The notes under the pieces are model-generated. The model saw nothing but the letters and a program-made list of their open reading frames with translations. It did no database searches and was not told the DNA's origin. A stretch of 32,000 nucleotides of DNA from Cereibacter sphaeroides 2.4.1 (GTDB taxonomy: Bacteria; Pseudomonadota; Alphaproteobacteria; Rhodobacterales; Rhodobacteraceae): the NCBI RefSeq assembly GCF_000012905.2, contig NC_007493.2:1200001-1232000 (forward strand), given 5' to 3'. The position numbers and the translations under genes are program-made. The stretch's first letter is position 1, and the number at the start of each line of letters is the position of its first letter. This document shows, piece by piece, positions 15,756 to 24,183 of this stretch.

Positions 15756-16787
15756 ATGACACTCGAATTCGGCCTCGACACTTTCGGCGACGTGACCTGG
15801 GATGCAGAGCGGCGGCTGCTGCCGCAGCGCGAGGTGCTGCGGAACGTCGTCGAGGAGGCGGTGCTGGCCGATGAGGTCGGTGTCGATGCCATCGGCCTCG
15901 GCGAACATCACCGCGACGACTTCGCGATTTCCTCCCCCGAGATCCTGCTCGCTTCCATCGGCGCGCGCACGCGGCGGATCCGGCTCGGCACGGCGGTGAC
16001 GGTTCTGGGGTCCGACGATCCGGTGCGGCTCTTCCAGCGCCTCTCGACGCTCGACGCGCTGACGGGCGGGCGGGCCGAAGTCACGCTCGGCCGCGGCTCC
16101 TTCACCGAGAGCTTTCCGCTCTTCGGCTTCGACCTCGGGGATTACCACGCGCTCTTCGAGGAGAAGCTCGACCTCTTCGCCCGCCTGATCCGCGAGGAGG
16201 AAGTCACCTGGTCCGGCACCACCCGTGCGCCGCTCGAGCGGCAGCGGGTCTGGCCGCCGCTGGGAGAGGCGGGCCTGCGCGCCTGGATCGGCGTGGGCGG
16301 CAGCCCCGAGTCGGTTGTGCGGGCGGTGCGCTTCCGGCTGCCGATGATCCTTGCCATCATCGGCGGCCCGGCCCGGCGCTTCCTGCCCTATGCCGATCTC
16401 TATCGCCGCGCGACCGATCAGGCGGGGCTCGAGCCCATGCCGCTCGGGGTCCATTCGCCGGGCCACATCGCACCCACCGACGAACTGGCGCGCGAAGAGG
16501 CCTTCCCGGCCTACAAGGTGCTGCACGACCGGCTCGGCGCCGAACGGGGCTGGCCGAGCCTCGGGCGCGACGACTTCCTGCGCGAGGTCGAGCACGGCTC
16601 GATGTATGTGGGCTCGCCCGAGACCGTCGCGCGCAAGATCGCCGATACGGTCGGCGCACTCGGCCTATCGCGCTTCCAGCTGAAATATTCGATGGGACCG
16701 CTCGCGCACGGGGCGCTCCTGCGCTCGGTCGAACTCTACGGCCGCGAGGTGATCCCGCGGGTGCGGGAGCTGCTCGCCGCCGGTTGA
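15756..16787 (+). CDS. LLM-class (luciferase-like) flavin-dependent oxidoreductase
   Basis: MTLEFGLDTFGD..., GLGEHH, GRAEVTLGRGSF and TIM-barrel-type periodicity. ATG 15756 has GGGAAG 7 nt upstream. An alternative ATG at 15750 is two codons upstream. Confidence 0.85.
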   Translation: MTLEFGLDTFGDVTWDAERRLLPQREVLRNVVEEAVLADEVGVDAIGLGEHHRDDFAISSPEILLASIGARTRRIRLGTAVTVLGSDDPVRLFQRLSTLDALTGGRAEVTLGRGSFTESFPLFGFDLGDYHALFEEKLDLFARLIREEEVTWSGTTRAPLERQRVWPPLGEAGLRAWIGVGGSPESVVRAVRFRLPMILAIIGGPARRFLPYADLYRRATDQAGLEPMPLGVHSPGHIAPTDELAREEAFPAYKVLHDRLGAERGWPSLGRDDFLREVEHGSMYVGSPETVARKIADTVGALGLSRFQLKYSMGPLAHGALLRSVELYGREVIPRVRELLAAG

Positions 16788-16941
16788 CGCCGGCCGTCAA
16801 GATCGCACGCCCGCTGCCGATTGCCACAGCCGGGGGACCCCGGATGGCCCGCGGCAAAGGGATCTGCTATCGTCGCCCCGACGGCGGTCCTGCCGTCAAG
16901 GTCTGGCCCACCAGCAGAGTTTCGGTATCGGAGCGGTAGCG

Positions 16942-17733
16942 ATGGAGCGTCCTCTGGCGCGTAACGAAGTCACGCGGCTCGGGCCCGACTCGAAGTTCCA
17001 CCATGCGGGCCTGCGCCGCGGCCTCAGCCCCGCGACGCTCCGCAAGCTCGATGCGATCTCCCGGCTGCGGGTGTTTCCGCGCGACGCGGTGGTGGTGCCG
17101 CAGGGCGGCGCACTCGAATATGTGGGCAATGTCGTGCGCGGCGTGCTGCGGATGGAGCGGCTCCTGTCGGACGGACGCTCGCAGATCGTGGGTCTTCTGG
17201 TGCCGACCGACATGTTCGGCCGCGTCTTCTCGGAGCGGTCGGACTATTCCGTCGAGGCCGCCACCGAAGTGACGCTCTGCTGCTTCGAGCGCCATGCGTT
17301 CGAGGCGCTCGTGCGGACCTGTCCCGATCTCGAACATGCGGTGCTGCTCGCCGTGCTGGACGAGCTCGACGCCGCGCGCGAATGGATCACGCTCCGTGCG
17401 GGCCCCACGGTTGCGGCGCGACTTGCGACCTATCTGCTGATGCTCTGCCGGCGCTGGCCGCACCAGACCAGCGAACTCACGCAGGACGCGAAGCGAATCG
17501 TCGTGAACGTTCCCATCGCGCGCAATGACCTTGCGCATTACCTCGGCACCACGGTCGAATCGATCTCGCGTGCGGTGCAGGCTTTTTCCCGCGATGGGAT
17601 CATCTCGATTCTGACGCCCCTTCGGTTCGAGATCCTCGACCTGCCCGCGCTCATCGCCCTGTCGGACAACGAGGAATTCGACGCGCACGCGCTTCTCGAG
17701 GGGCTGCGCGAGGAGCAGCGCGTTTCCCCCTGA
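16942..17733 (+). CDS. Crp/Fnr-family transcriptional regulator, FixK/FnrL-like but without an N-terminal Cys cluster
   Basis: GGAG lies 8 nt before the ATG. cNMP-type beta-roll (VVPQGGALEYVGNVVRGVLRMERLLSDGRSQIVG), LCCFER, LDELDAAREW, and HTH with the FNR-type recognition motif TVESISR (E-x-x-S-R). Confidence 0.88.
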   Translation: MERPLARNEVTRLGPDSKFHHAGLRRGLSPATLRKLDAISRLRVFPRDAVVVPQGGALEYVGNVVRGVLRMERLLSDGRSQIVGLLVPTDMFGRVFSERSDYSVEAATEVTLCCFERHAFEALVRTCPDLEHAVLLAVLDELDAAREWITLRAGPTVAARLATYLLMLCRRWPHQTSELTQDAKRIVVNVPIARNDLAHYLGTTVESISRAVQAFSRDGIISILTPLRFEILDLPALIALSDNEEFDAHALLEGLREEQRVSP

Positions 17734-17746
17734 CCGACCGGGCGAA

Positions 17747-17760
17747 TTGACGCAGGTCAA
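17747..17760. promoter_or_regulatory. Perfect FNR/FixK-type box TTGAC-N4-GTCAA between the two Crp/Fnr genes
   Basis: TTGACgcagGTCAA fits TTGA-N6-TCAA. It lies 14 nt after the stop of the first regulator and about 130 nt upstream of the favoured start of the second. Confidence 0.55.
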
Positions 17761-17886
17761 AGAGCGCACTCTTCATTTCGCCTACTCAGGATCCCGTGCC
17801 CCGCTTCGGCGGTCATGTTCACCAGTATTGCGGTTGCCGACATGAAACGCTCGCCTCAAGAGCGAGATCCCGGGAGGACTGAGGAC

Positions 17887-18645
17887 ATGCCGTGTCAGAC
17901 CACCTCGCACTGTCAGACCTGCAAGCAGCGACACAACGCGCTCTGCGCGGCGATCCGGGCCCGCGCGGCCTCGGTCTGCCCGCTGGTGGCCGAGTTCGAG
18001 ACGCTGCTGCCGGGGGCCGCGCCAACCGACGTGAGCCTCAAGGGCGGGCGGTTCGGCATCCTGCATTCCGGTCTGCTGCTGCGCTGCGGGCCGGAGACGG
18101 GGATGGACGTCGTCTCCATCGGCGAACCGCTGGGCGAGGCCTTCCGCGGCAACCGCGAGATGCGCGTGACGGCCGTCGTTCCGTCCCAGGTCTGCTGGTA
18201 TGACGTGCATGAGGTGGAGGCAGCGGCGCTGCGCGATCCGCGCCTCCATGGCGCTCTGAGCGCGGCGGCTTCGCATGCGGCCGGCCTGCGCCGGCTGTTC
18301 ACCCGCATCCGCTCGACCCTGACGCCGCTCGAACGGCTCGCGGCCTTCCTCGCGATCTGCGCCCACCGGCTGGCCGAACGCGACCGGATGGGGGTGCTGC
18401 GCCTCACGCTGCAGTGCCGGCACGAGGATATCGCGACGCTTCTCGCCCTGAGCGGGGCGCAGCTCGACGAGATGCGCGACGAGCTGGTGCAGCGCGGGCT
18501 GCTGTCCGTGCTGGAAGGCGGCGAGATGGAGCTGCCGCTCCCGGCCCAGCTCGAGGAGCTGTCGACGCTGGACCTGCCGATGTTCAACCGCGTGGAAGAG
18601 ATCGTTCCGGTCCTGCCGCGGATGGCCGAGCTGCAGCGGGCCTGA
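17887..18645 (+). CDS. Divergent Crp/Fnr-family regulator with FNR-type N-terminal cysteine cluster
   Basis: Best SD (GGGAGG, 9 nt) precedes ATG 17887; track ORF start 17815 and ATG 17842 lack an SD. MPCQTTSHCQTCKQRHNALC gives C-x2-C-x7-C, as in FnrL-type proteins. A further Cys (SQVCWYD) sits where FNR carries its fourth ligand. The ERLAAFL dimerisation-helix region is present. The HTH region lacks E-x-x-S-R. Confidence 0.7.
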   Translation: MPCQTTSHCQTCKQRHNALCAAIRARAASVCPLVAEFETLLPGAAPTDVSLKGGRFGILHSGLLLRCGPETGMDVVSIGEPLGEAFRGNREMRVTAVVPSQVCWYDVHEVEAAALRDPRLHGALSAAASHAAGLRRLFTRIRSTLTPLERLAAFLAICAHRLAERDRMGVLRLTLQCRHEDIATLLALSGAQLDEMRDELVQRGLLSVLEGGEMELPLPAQLEELSTLDLPMFNRVEEIVPVLPRMAELQRA

Positions 18646-18768
18646 CCGTCCCCGGCCGCCTGCGCCTTCGGGCGCGGGCGCCGTCCGCTCGCGGTGTGTC
18701 GGCCGCGCGTAGACCGCTTTTGCATCGCGGACGAAGGGGCGCCCTTCACCGAAGGAAACCCGCCCGCG

Positions 18769-19260
18769 TCAGCGGAAGATGTTGCGCTCGAGGATGTAGC
18801 GCATCCCGCGCTGCCAGCTCTCGTCGGTGTTGCCGCGGATGTCGACCGCCTGACCGCGGATCTGCCGGCCGGTCGAGACCTCCTTCACATAGAGGTTCAT
18901 GGCGAGGATGAGGTTCGAAACCTTCTGGACCTCGCCCACCACCGCATAGTCGGCGCCGAGCGCGCGGGCCATGCGCAGCTCGCACCCGCCGCAGGTCGCG
19001 GGGTTGCGGATGCGGGCCAGATCTTCGGCGACCGGCGCGAGATCGAGCAGTTCCACCCCATGCGCCGCGAAAGCGTCCGCCGCCTGCCGCTCGGCCCGCT
19101 CGATCCGCTCCGCCTCGTCGGCGCGCTTGCCGTTCAGCGCGCCCTCGGTCGAGGTGTCGATGAAGGTCAGGCCGAAGAAGGCCGCCGTGCGGCCGTTCCA
19201 CAGATCCTCGGCCGAGGCAGGTCCGGCAAGAAGAAGGAGGAGGATGAGGAGGCGTCGCAT
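18769..19260 (-). CDS. Secreted protein of unknown function (DUF-type, about 140 aa mature)
   Basis: Internal ATG (aa 24 of track ORF 18769..19329). Signal peptide [19 protein letters not shown]. Contains a CGGC motif. Divergent from gfa. Confidence 0.7.
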   Translation of the reverse strand: MRRLLILLLLLAGPASAEDLWNGRTAAFFGLTFIDTSTEGALNGKRADEAERIERAERQAADAFAAHGVELLDLAPVAEDLARIRNPATCGGCELRMARALGADYAVVGEVQKVSNLILAMNLYVKEVSTGRQIRGQAVDIRGNTDESWQRGMRYILERNIFR

Positions 19261-19455
19261 GGCGCCAGTGTCGCCTCCCGGGCGGCGGGAACAAGCCGGA
19301 CGAAAGAGGGAGCCCGTGGCCGGGAACAATCCCGGCGGGTCGGGAAGGGGCCGCGGGATGCCGGAACGGCGCCGCAGGTGACGCGCGGGGGCAGGGGCGT
19401 GTCTCCGCCCAATGGCTGACTGGCTGGACTCGGGGCAGCCTGAGACACTTGTCGC

Positions 19456-19485
19456 GCATGTCAGGGAGGCTGCATGTCAGGGAGG
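19456..19485 (+). repeat. 14-nt direct repeat GCATGTCAGGGAGG x2 (16-nt period) in the gfa leader, duplicating an ATG+SD cassette
   Basis: Copies at 19456-19469 and 19472-19485. The SD of copy 1 serves ATG 19474, giving uORF MSGRKQ* at 19474-19494. The SD of copy 2 serves the gfa ATG at 19491. The uORF stop overlaps the gfa start (ATGA). Confidence 0.75.
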
Positions 19486-19490
19486 AAGCA

Positions 19491-20081
19491 ATGAGTGACA
19501 TGACTCACGGCGACGTCAAGATTCACCCGTCGGTCGATGACGGGATCGTTCCGGCGCGCGACGGGTTCACGGGCGGCACGCTCAAGTGCCGCTGCACCGA
19601 CCGGCCGGTCGAGGTGCGCATCAACGGCCAGTCGGCGCACAACCATGTCTGCGGCTGCACCAAGTGCTGGAAGCCCGACGGGGCGATCTTCAGCATGGTG
19701 GCGGTGGTGCCGCGGGATGCCGTCGAGGTGGTGGCCAACGGCGACAAGCTGAAGGTGGTCGACCCGAACATGGCCATCCAGCGCTACGCCTGCACCGGCT
19801 GCGGCACGCACATGTATGGCCGGATCGAGAACAAGGACCATCCGTTCTACGGGCTCGACTTCATCCATACCGAGCTGTCGTCGGAAGACGGCTGGGCCGC
19901 GCCGGGCTTCGCCGCCTTCGTCTCGTCGGTGATCGAGAGCGGGGTCTCGCCGGACCGCATGGACGGGATCCGCGCGCGGCTGCGCGAGCTGGGGCTCGAG
20001 CCCTACGATGCGCTCTCGCCGCCCCTGATGGATGCGATCGCGACCCATGTCGCGAAACGCTCCGGCAAGCTCGCGGCCTGA
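19491..20081 (+). CDS. gfa: S-(hydroxymethyl)glutathione synthase (glutathione-dependent formaldehyde-activating enzyme)
   Basis: [19 protein letters not shown]..., [50 protein letters not shown] and [20 protein letters not shown] match Gfa closely. GGAGG lies 5 nt before the ATG. Confidence 0.92.
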   Translation: MSDMTHGDVKIHPSVDDGIVPARDGFTGGTLKCRCTDRPVEVRINGQSAHNHVCGCTKCWKPDGAIFSMVAVVPRDAVEVVANGDKLKVVDPNMAIQRYACTGCGTHMYGRIENKDHPFYGLDFIHTELSSEDGWAAPGFAAFVSSVIESGVSPDRMDGIRARLRELGLEPYDALSPPLMDAIATHVAKRSGKLAA

Positions 20082-20089
20082 GGGCTGCG

Positions 20090-20126
20090 GCCGCTCCCTC
20101 CCGCGAGGCGGGGAGCGGCTTCTTCT
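20090..20126 (+). terminator. Rho-independent terminator after gfa
   Basis: GCCGCTCCC...GGGAGCGGC stem (20090-20119) followed by TTCTTCT. Starts 9 nt after the stop. Confidence 0.6.
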
Positions 20127-20313
20127 GAACGTGCCGGGCGCGGTCCGATGGCGGCAGGCCTGCCGACGCGGGACCCCCGCAGGCTTTCGCCGCAGAGGCA
20201 AGACCCGCGCTCCTCATCCTTTTTTCCGAATGCCGGGCGCGGATTTTCCTCTTAAGGTCAGGCCATGACAGGCCCGACGCCCTGCCGTCCGGTTGATTGA
20301 GAGGGAGAGTAAC

Positions 20314-21444
20314 ATGCGCACCCGTGCCGCCGTCGCCGTCGAGGCCGGCAAGCCGCTCGAGATCATGGAGGTCAATCTCGAAGGCCCCAAGGCCGGCGAG
20401 GTCATGGTCGAGATCAAGGCCACCGGCATCTGCCACACCGACGAATTCACCCTCTCCGGCGCCGATCCCGAGGGCATGTTCCCGGCGATCCTCGGCCACG
20501 AGGGCGCGGGCGTGGTGGTCGAGGTCGGCCCCGGCGTGACCAGCGTGAAGCCCGGCGATCATGTGATCCCGCTCTACACGCCCGAGTGCCGGCAGTGCCC
20601 CTCCTGCCTCAGCCAGAAGACGAACCTCTGCACCGCGATCCGCGGCACGCAGGGGCAGGGGCTGATGCCCGACGGCACCAGCCGCTTCTCGATGCTCGAT
20701 GGCACGCCGATCCTGCATTACATGGGCTGCTCGACCTTCTCGAACTACACGGTCCTGCCCGAGATCGCGGTGGCGAAGGTGCGCCCGGATGCGCCCTTCG
20801 ACAAGATCTGCTACATCGGCTGCGGCGTCACCACCGGCATCGGCGCGGTCATCAACACGGCCAAGGTCGAGATCGGCGCCAAGGCCGTGGTGTTCGGGCT
20901 GGGCGGCATCGGTCTCAACGTGATCCAGGGCCTGAAGCTCGCGGGCGCCGACATGATCATCGGCGTGGATCTGAACAACGCCAAGAAGGAATGGGGCGAG
21001 CGCTTCGGCATGACCCATTTCGTGAATCCGTCCGAGATCGACGGCGATGTGGTGGCGCATCTGGTCAATATGACCAAGACGCCCTTCGACCAGATCGGCG
21101 GGGCGGACTACACCTTCGACTGCACCGGCAACGTGAAGGTGATGCGTCAGGCGCTGGAGGCGTGCCATCGTGGCTGGGGCCAGTCGATCGTGATCGGTGT
21201 GGCGCCGGCGGGGGCCGAGATCCAGACGCGGCCGTTCCAGCTGGTGACGGGGCGGGTCTGGAAGGGCTCGGCCTTCGGCGGCGCGCGCGGCCGGACCGAC
21301 GTGCCGAAGATCGTCGACTGGTACATGGAGGGCAAGATCCAGATCGACCCGATGATCACCCACATCCTGAGCCTCGAAGAGATCAACAAGGGCTTCGACC
21401 TCATGCACGCGGGCGAGTCCATCCGCTCGGTCGTGGTGTTCTGA
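20314..21444 (+). CDS. adhI: S-(hydroxymethyl)glutathione dehydrogenase / class III alcohol dehydrogenase
   Basis: ATG 20314 is preceded by GAGGGAGagtaac; the track ORF begins at an upstream [42 protein letters not shown] and GLGGIGL are class III ADH motifs. Confidence 0.95.
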   Translation: MRTRAAVAVEAGKPLEIMEVNLEGPKAGEVMVEIKATGICHTDEFTLSGADPEGMFPAILGHEGAGVVVEVGPGVTSVKPGDHVIPLYTPECRQCPSCLSQKTNLCTAIRGTQGQGLMPDGTSRFSMLDGTPILHYMGCSTFSNYTVLPEIAVAKVRPDAPFDKICYIGCGVTTGIGAVINTAKVEIGAKAVVFGLGGIGLNVIQGLKLAGADMIIGVDLNNAKKEWGERFGMTHFVNPSEIDGDVVAHLVNMTKTPFDQIGGADYTFDCTGNVKVMRQALEACHRGWGQSIVIGVAPAGAEIQTRPFQLVTGRVWKGSAFGGARGRTDVPKIVDWYMEGKIQIDPMITHILSLEEINKGFDLMHAGESIRSVVVF

Positions 21445-21497
21445 TCGGCCACCCCTCCAAGACGGTGACGATTTCCCGAGTAACGGTGCCAGCGACC

Positions 21498-21519
21498 CGG
21501 CCGGTCCCTTGACCGGCCG
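21498..21519 (+). other. Perfect 9-bp intercistronic hairpin between adhI and cycI
   Basis: CGGCCGGTC-cctt-GACCGGCCG with no U-tract. Candidate mRNA processing or stability element, or partial attenuator. Confidence 0.4.
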
Positions 21520-21573
21520 CGGGCGGCCTGCCGCGCAGGACGCCCCCCGAGCCATCCGCAAAGGGAGAAGACC

Positions 21574-22008
21574 ATGAGATTGACCACCATCCTCGCCGGG
21601 GCGCTCGCTCTCGGTGCCGCGCAGGCCGCCTTCGCCGAAGGCGACCCGGCGGCCGGCGAGAAGGCCTTCCGGAAATGTCAGGCCTGCCACCAGATCGGCG
21701 CCGAGGCGCAGAACAAGACCGGGCCCGTCCTGACCGGCGTCATCGGTCGCCCGGCGGCCTCGATCGAGGGCTTCAGCTATTCCAAGACCCTGACCGAGGC
21801 CGCGGCCGATGGCCTCGTCTGGGATCATGCTGCGCTCGAGACCTTCCTGGCCAATCCGCGCAAGGCGATGCCGGGCACCAAGATGGCCTTCCCCGGCATC
21901 AAGAAACCGCAGGAGCTGGCCGACATCCTGGCCTATCTCGACACCTTCTCGGACGGGGAAACGCGGGAGGCCGAAGAGACCCCCGCCGCGGCGCCGGCGG
22001 AGGGCTGA
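21574..22008 (+). CDS. cycI: Class I c-type cytochrome (isocytochrome c2)
   Basis: GGGAGaagacc precedes the ATG. Signal peptide, heme motif CQACH, distal Met region PGTKMAFPGI. Position directly after adhI matches the R. sphaeroides adhI-cycI operon. Confidence 0.9.
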   Translation: MRLTTILAGALALGAAQAAFAEGDPAAGEKAFRKCQACHQIGAEAQNKTGPVLTGVIGRPAASIEGFSYSKTLTEAAADGLVWDHAALETFLANPRKAMPGTKMAFPGIKKPQELADILAYLDTFSDGETREAEETPAAAPAEG

Positions 22009-22217
22009 AATGCCTGTCTGCCAAGGCTTTCGCCCTCGTCATGGCGCCACCGGCGCGATCGTCATACTTTGGGCTTAAAGCGGGACCGGCAGCGTTGACG
22101 CTTCAAATCGGCGCGCCGTAGCATGAGGTTCGGTGACAGGTCGGCAGCTCCGGGGAGGGAGCCGCGACCGGTGAAGATCACGAGCCAATTTCAAGAAATC
22201 AACATCGGGAGGAGCCA

Positions 22218-24020
22218 ATGAAGATGCTGAAGACGGGTCTCGTAGCGACCCTATTGCTCTCGTCTGCGCCGGTCTTTGCCAACGACTCGGTCCTCAAGGC
22301 GACCGACGATCCGAAGCAGTGGGCGATCCAGACCGGCGACTATGCCAACACCCGCTATTCCGAGCTGAACCAGATCACCCGCGAGAACGTGGGCAAGCTT
22401 CAGGTCGCCTGGACCTTCTCGACCGGCGTGCTGCGGGGCCACGAGGGCTCGCCCCTCGTCGTGGACGGCATCATGTATGTCCACACGCCCTTCCCGAACA
22501 ACGTCTATGCGCTCGATCTGGCCAATGACGGCAAGATCCTGTGGCGCTACGAGCCGCAGCAGAACCCCGACGTCATCGGCGTGATGTGCTGCGACACGGT
22601 CAACCGCGGCGTGGCCTATGCCGATGGCATGATCTTCCTGCATCAGGCCGATACGACCGTCGTGGCCCTCGACGCGAAGAGCGGCGAGGTGAAATGGACC
22701 GTGCAGAACGGCGACCCGGCCAAGGGCGAGACCAACACCGCGACCGTGCTGCCGGTCAAGGACAAGCTCCTCGTCGGCATCTCGGGCGGCGAGTTCGGCG
22801 TGCGCGGCCATGTCACCGCCTATGACATGAAGACGGGCAAGCAGGTCTGGCGCGCCTATTCCACCGGCCCCGACGCCGAGATGCTGGTCGATCCGGAAAA
22901 GACCATGGTGCTCGGCAAGCCCGTGGGCGCCGACAGCTCGATCAAGAGCTGGGAAGGCGACCAGTGGCAGATCGGCGGCGGCACCACCTGGGGCTGGTAT
23001 TCCTACGACCCCGACCTGAACCTCGTCTATTACGGCACCGGCAACCCCTCGACCTGGAACCCGTCGCAGCGTCCGGGCGACAACAAGTGGTCCATGACCA
23101 TCATGGCCCGCGATGCCGATACCGGCATGGCCAAGTGGATGTATCAGAAGACCCCGCACGACGAGTGGGACTATGACGGGGTAAACGAGAACATCCTCGT
23201 CGATCAGGAGATCGACGGGCAGATGCGCAAGCTGCTGGTGAACCTCGACCGGAACGGCTTCGGCTACACGCTCGACCGCGAGACGGGCGAGCTTCTGGTG
23301 GCGAAGAAATACGACCCGGCGGTGAACTGGGCGACCGAAGTGGTGATGGACAAGGAGTCCGATCAATACGGCCGTCCGCAGGTGGTGGCGGAATATTCGA
23401 CGGCGCAGAACGGCGAAGACACCAACACCACCGGCGTCTGCCCGGCCGCGCTCGGCTCCAAGGACCAGCAGCCCGCCTCCTTCTCGCCCAAGACCGGCCT
23501 CGTCTATGTGCCGACGAACCACGTCTGCATGGACTACGAGCCCTACCGGGTCAGCTACTCGGCCGGCCAGCCCTATGTCGGCGCCACCCTCTCGATGTAT
23601 CCGGCGCCGAACAGCCATGGCGGCATGGGCAATTTCATCGCCTGGGACGCGACGAAGGGCGAGATCAAATGGTCGCTGCCCGAGCAGTTCTCGGTCTGGT
23701 CGGGGGCTCTGGCCACCGCGGGTGACGTGGTGTTCTACGGCACGCTCGAAGGCTATCTGAAGGCCGTCGATGCGGAGACGGGCGAGCTGCTCTATCGCTT
23801 CAAGACCCCGTCCGGCGTCATCGGCAACGTGATGACCTACGAGTTCAACGGCAAGCAGTATGTGGGCGTGCTCTCGGGCGTCGGCGGCTGGGCGGGCATC
23901 GGCCTCGCCGCGGGCCTGACCAACCCCAACGAGGGTCTGGGCGCCGTGGGCGGCTATGCCGCGCTGTCGGACTATACCCAGCTCGGCGGTCAGCTCACCG
24001 TCTTTGCCCTGCCGGACTGA
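22218..24020 (+). CDS. xoxF: PQQ-dependent methanol/ethanol-family dehydrogenase, XoxF (lanthanide-type)
   Basis: GGGAGGAGcca precedes the ATG. Signal peptide ...APVFA-ND, vicinal Cys pair [10 protein letters not shown], eight-bladed propeller W-motifs. [10 protein letters not shown] carries the extra Asp (D-Y-D) diagnostic of lanthanide-dependent XoxF rather than MxaF (D-Y-A). Confidence 0.95.
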   Translation: MKMLKTGLVATLLLSSAPVFANDSVLKATDDPKQWAIQTGDYANTRYSELNQITRENVGKLQVAWTFSTGVLRGHEGSPLVVDGIMYVHTPFPNNVYALDLANDGKILWRYEPQQNPDVIGVMCCDTVNRGVAYADGMIFLHQADTTVVALDAKSGEVKWTVQNGDPAKGETNTATVLPVKDKLLVGISGGEFGVRGHVTAYDMKTGKQVWRAYSTGPDAEMLVDPEKTMVLGKPVGADSSIKSWEGDQWQIGGGTTWGWYSYDPDLNLVYYGTGNPSTWNPSQRPGDNKWSMTIMARDADTGMAKWMYQKTPHDEWDYDGVNENILVDQEIDGQMRKLLVNLDRNGFGYTLDRETGELLVAKKYDPAVNWATEVVMDKESDQYGRPQVVAEYSTAQNGEDTNTTGVCPAALGSKDQQPASFSPKTGLVYVPTNHVCMDYEPYRVSYSAGQPYVGATLSMYPAPNSHGGMGNFIAWDATKGEIKWSLPEQFSVWSGALATAGDVVFYGTLEGYLKAVDAETGELLYRFKTPSGVIGNVMTYEFNGKQYVGVLSGVGGWAGIGLAAGLTNPNEGLGAVGGYAALSDYTQLGGQLTVFALPD

Positions 24021-24128
24021 GCCCGATCCTGACCCTGCCGGAGCCCCCGGGCTCCGGCACCCGCCGCAGACGACACTGTGGCTCACGGCCTGCGGCCCGC
24101 ACGGGATCCCGGTCCCGGCATGATCTGA

Positions 24129-24167
24129 AGCCGCCCTTGCGGGCCCCCGCCGGGGCGGCTTTCTTCT
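24129..24167 (+). terminator. Intrinsic terminator/attenuator between xoxF and xoxG
   Basis: AGCCGCCC...GGGCGGCT stem with a GC-rich inner stem, followed by TTTCTTCT. The xoxG SD (GGGAGGAG) follows immediately. A second 10-bp hairpin lies at 24037-24058. Confidence 0.55.
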
Positions 24168-24183
24168 GGGAGGAGATAACCGA

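Noticed and set aside
15353-15892. N-terminal 180-aa extension of the PfpI ORF (track ORF 14783..15892).
   Set aside because: The extension is Arg/Pro/Ser-rich nonsense. The DJ-1/PfpI domain begins at MTLDGKTIAIL, and family members start within a few residues of this strand.
16784-16800. TTGAC-N7-GTCAA overlapping the oxidoreductase stop codon, considered as a second FNR box upstream of regulator 1.
   Set aside because: The spacing is wrong for Crp/Fnr sites, which need N4 between the pentamers. It is more simply a 6-bp hairpin at the gene end.
17815-17886. Earlier starts (ATG 17815 and ATG 17842) for the second Crp/Fnr regulator.
   Set aside because: Neither has an SD, whereas ATG 17887 has GGGAGG at a suitable distance and places the Cys cluster at the N-terminus, as in FNR-type proteins. 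This is not fully excluded.
18646-18768. Short hairpins (GCGCC-ttcg-GGCGC and GAAGGG-gcg-CCCTTC) between the convergent regulator gene and the secreted-protein gene, considered as a bidirectional terminator.
   Set aside because: The stems are only 5-6 bp and have no U-tract on either strand. That is too weak to call.
19413-19430. TGGCTGAC TGGCTGGAC, considered as a sigma-54 (-24/-12) promoter upstream of gfa.
   Set aside because: The GG-to-GC spacing does not fit TGGCAC-N5-TTGC. It is only a short tandem octamer.
22096-22125. TTGACG-N18-TAGCAT as a sigma-70-like xoxF promoter, and TTGA-N4-TCAA at 22096-22107 as an FNR-like site.
   Set aside because: The promoter match is weak (18-nt spacer, poor -10) and alphaproteobacterial promoters are hard to call by eye. 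The inverted repeat has the wrong spacing. Noted only as a candidate for TSS mapping.
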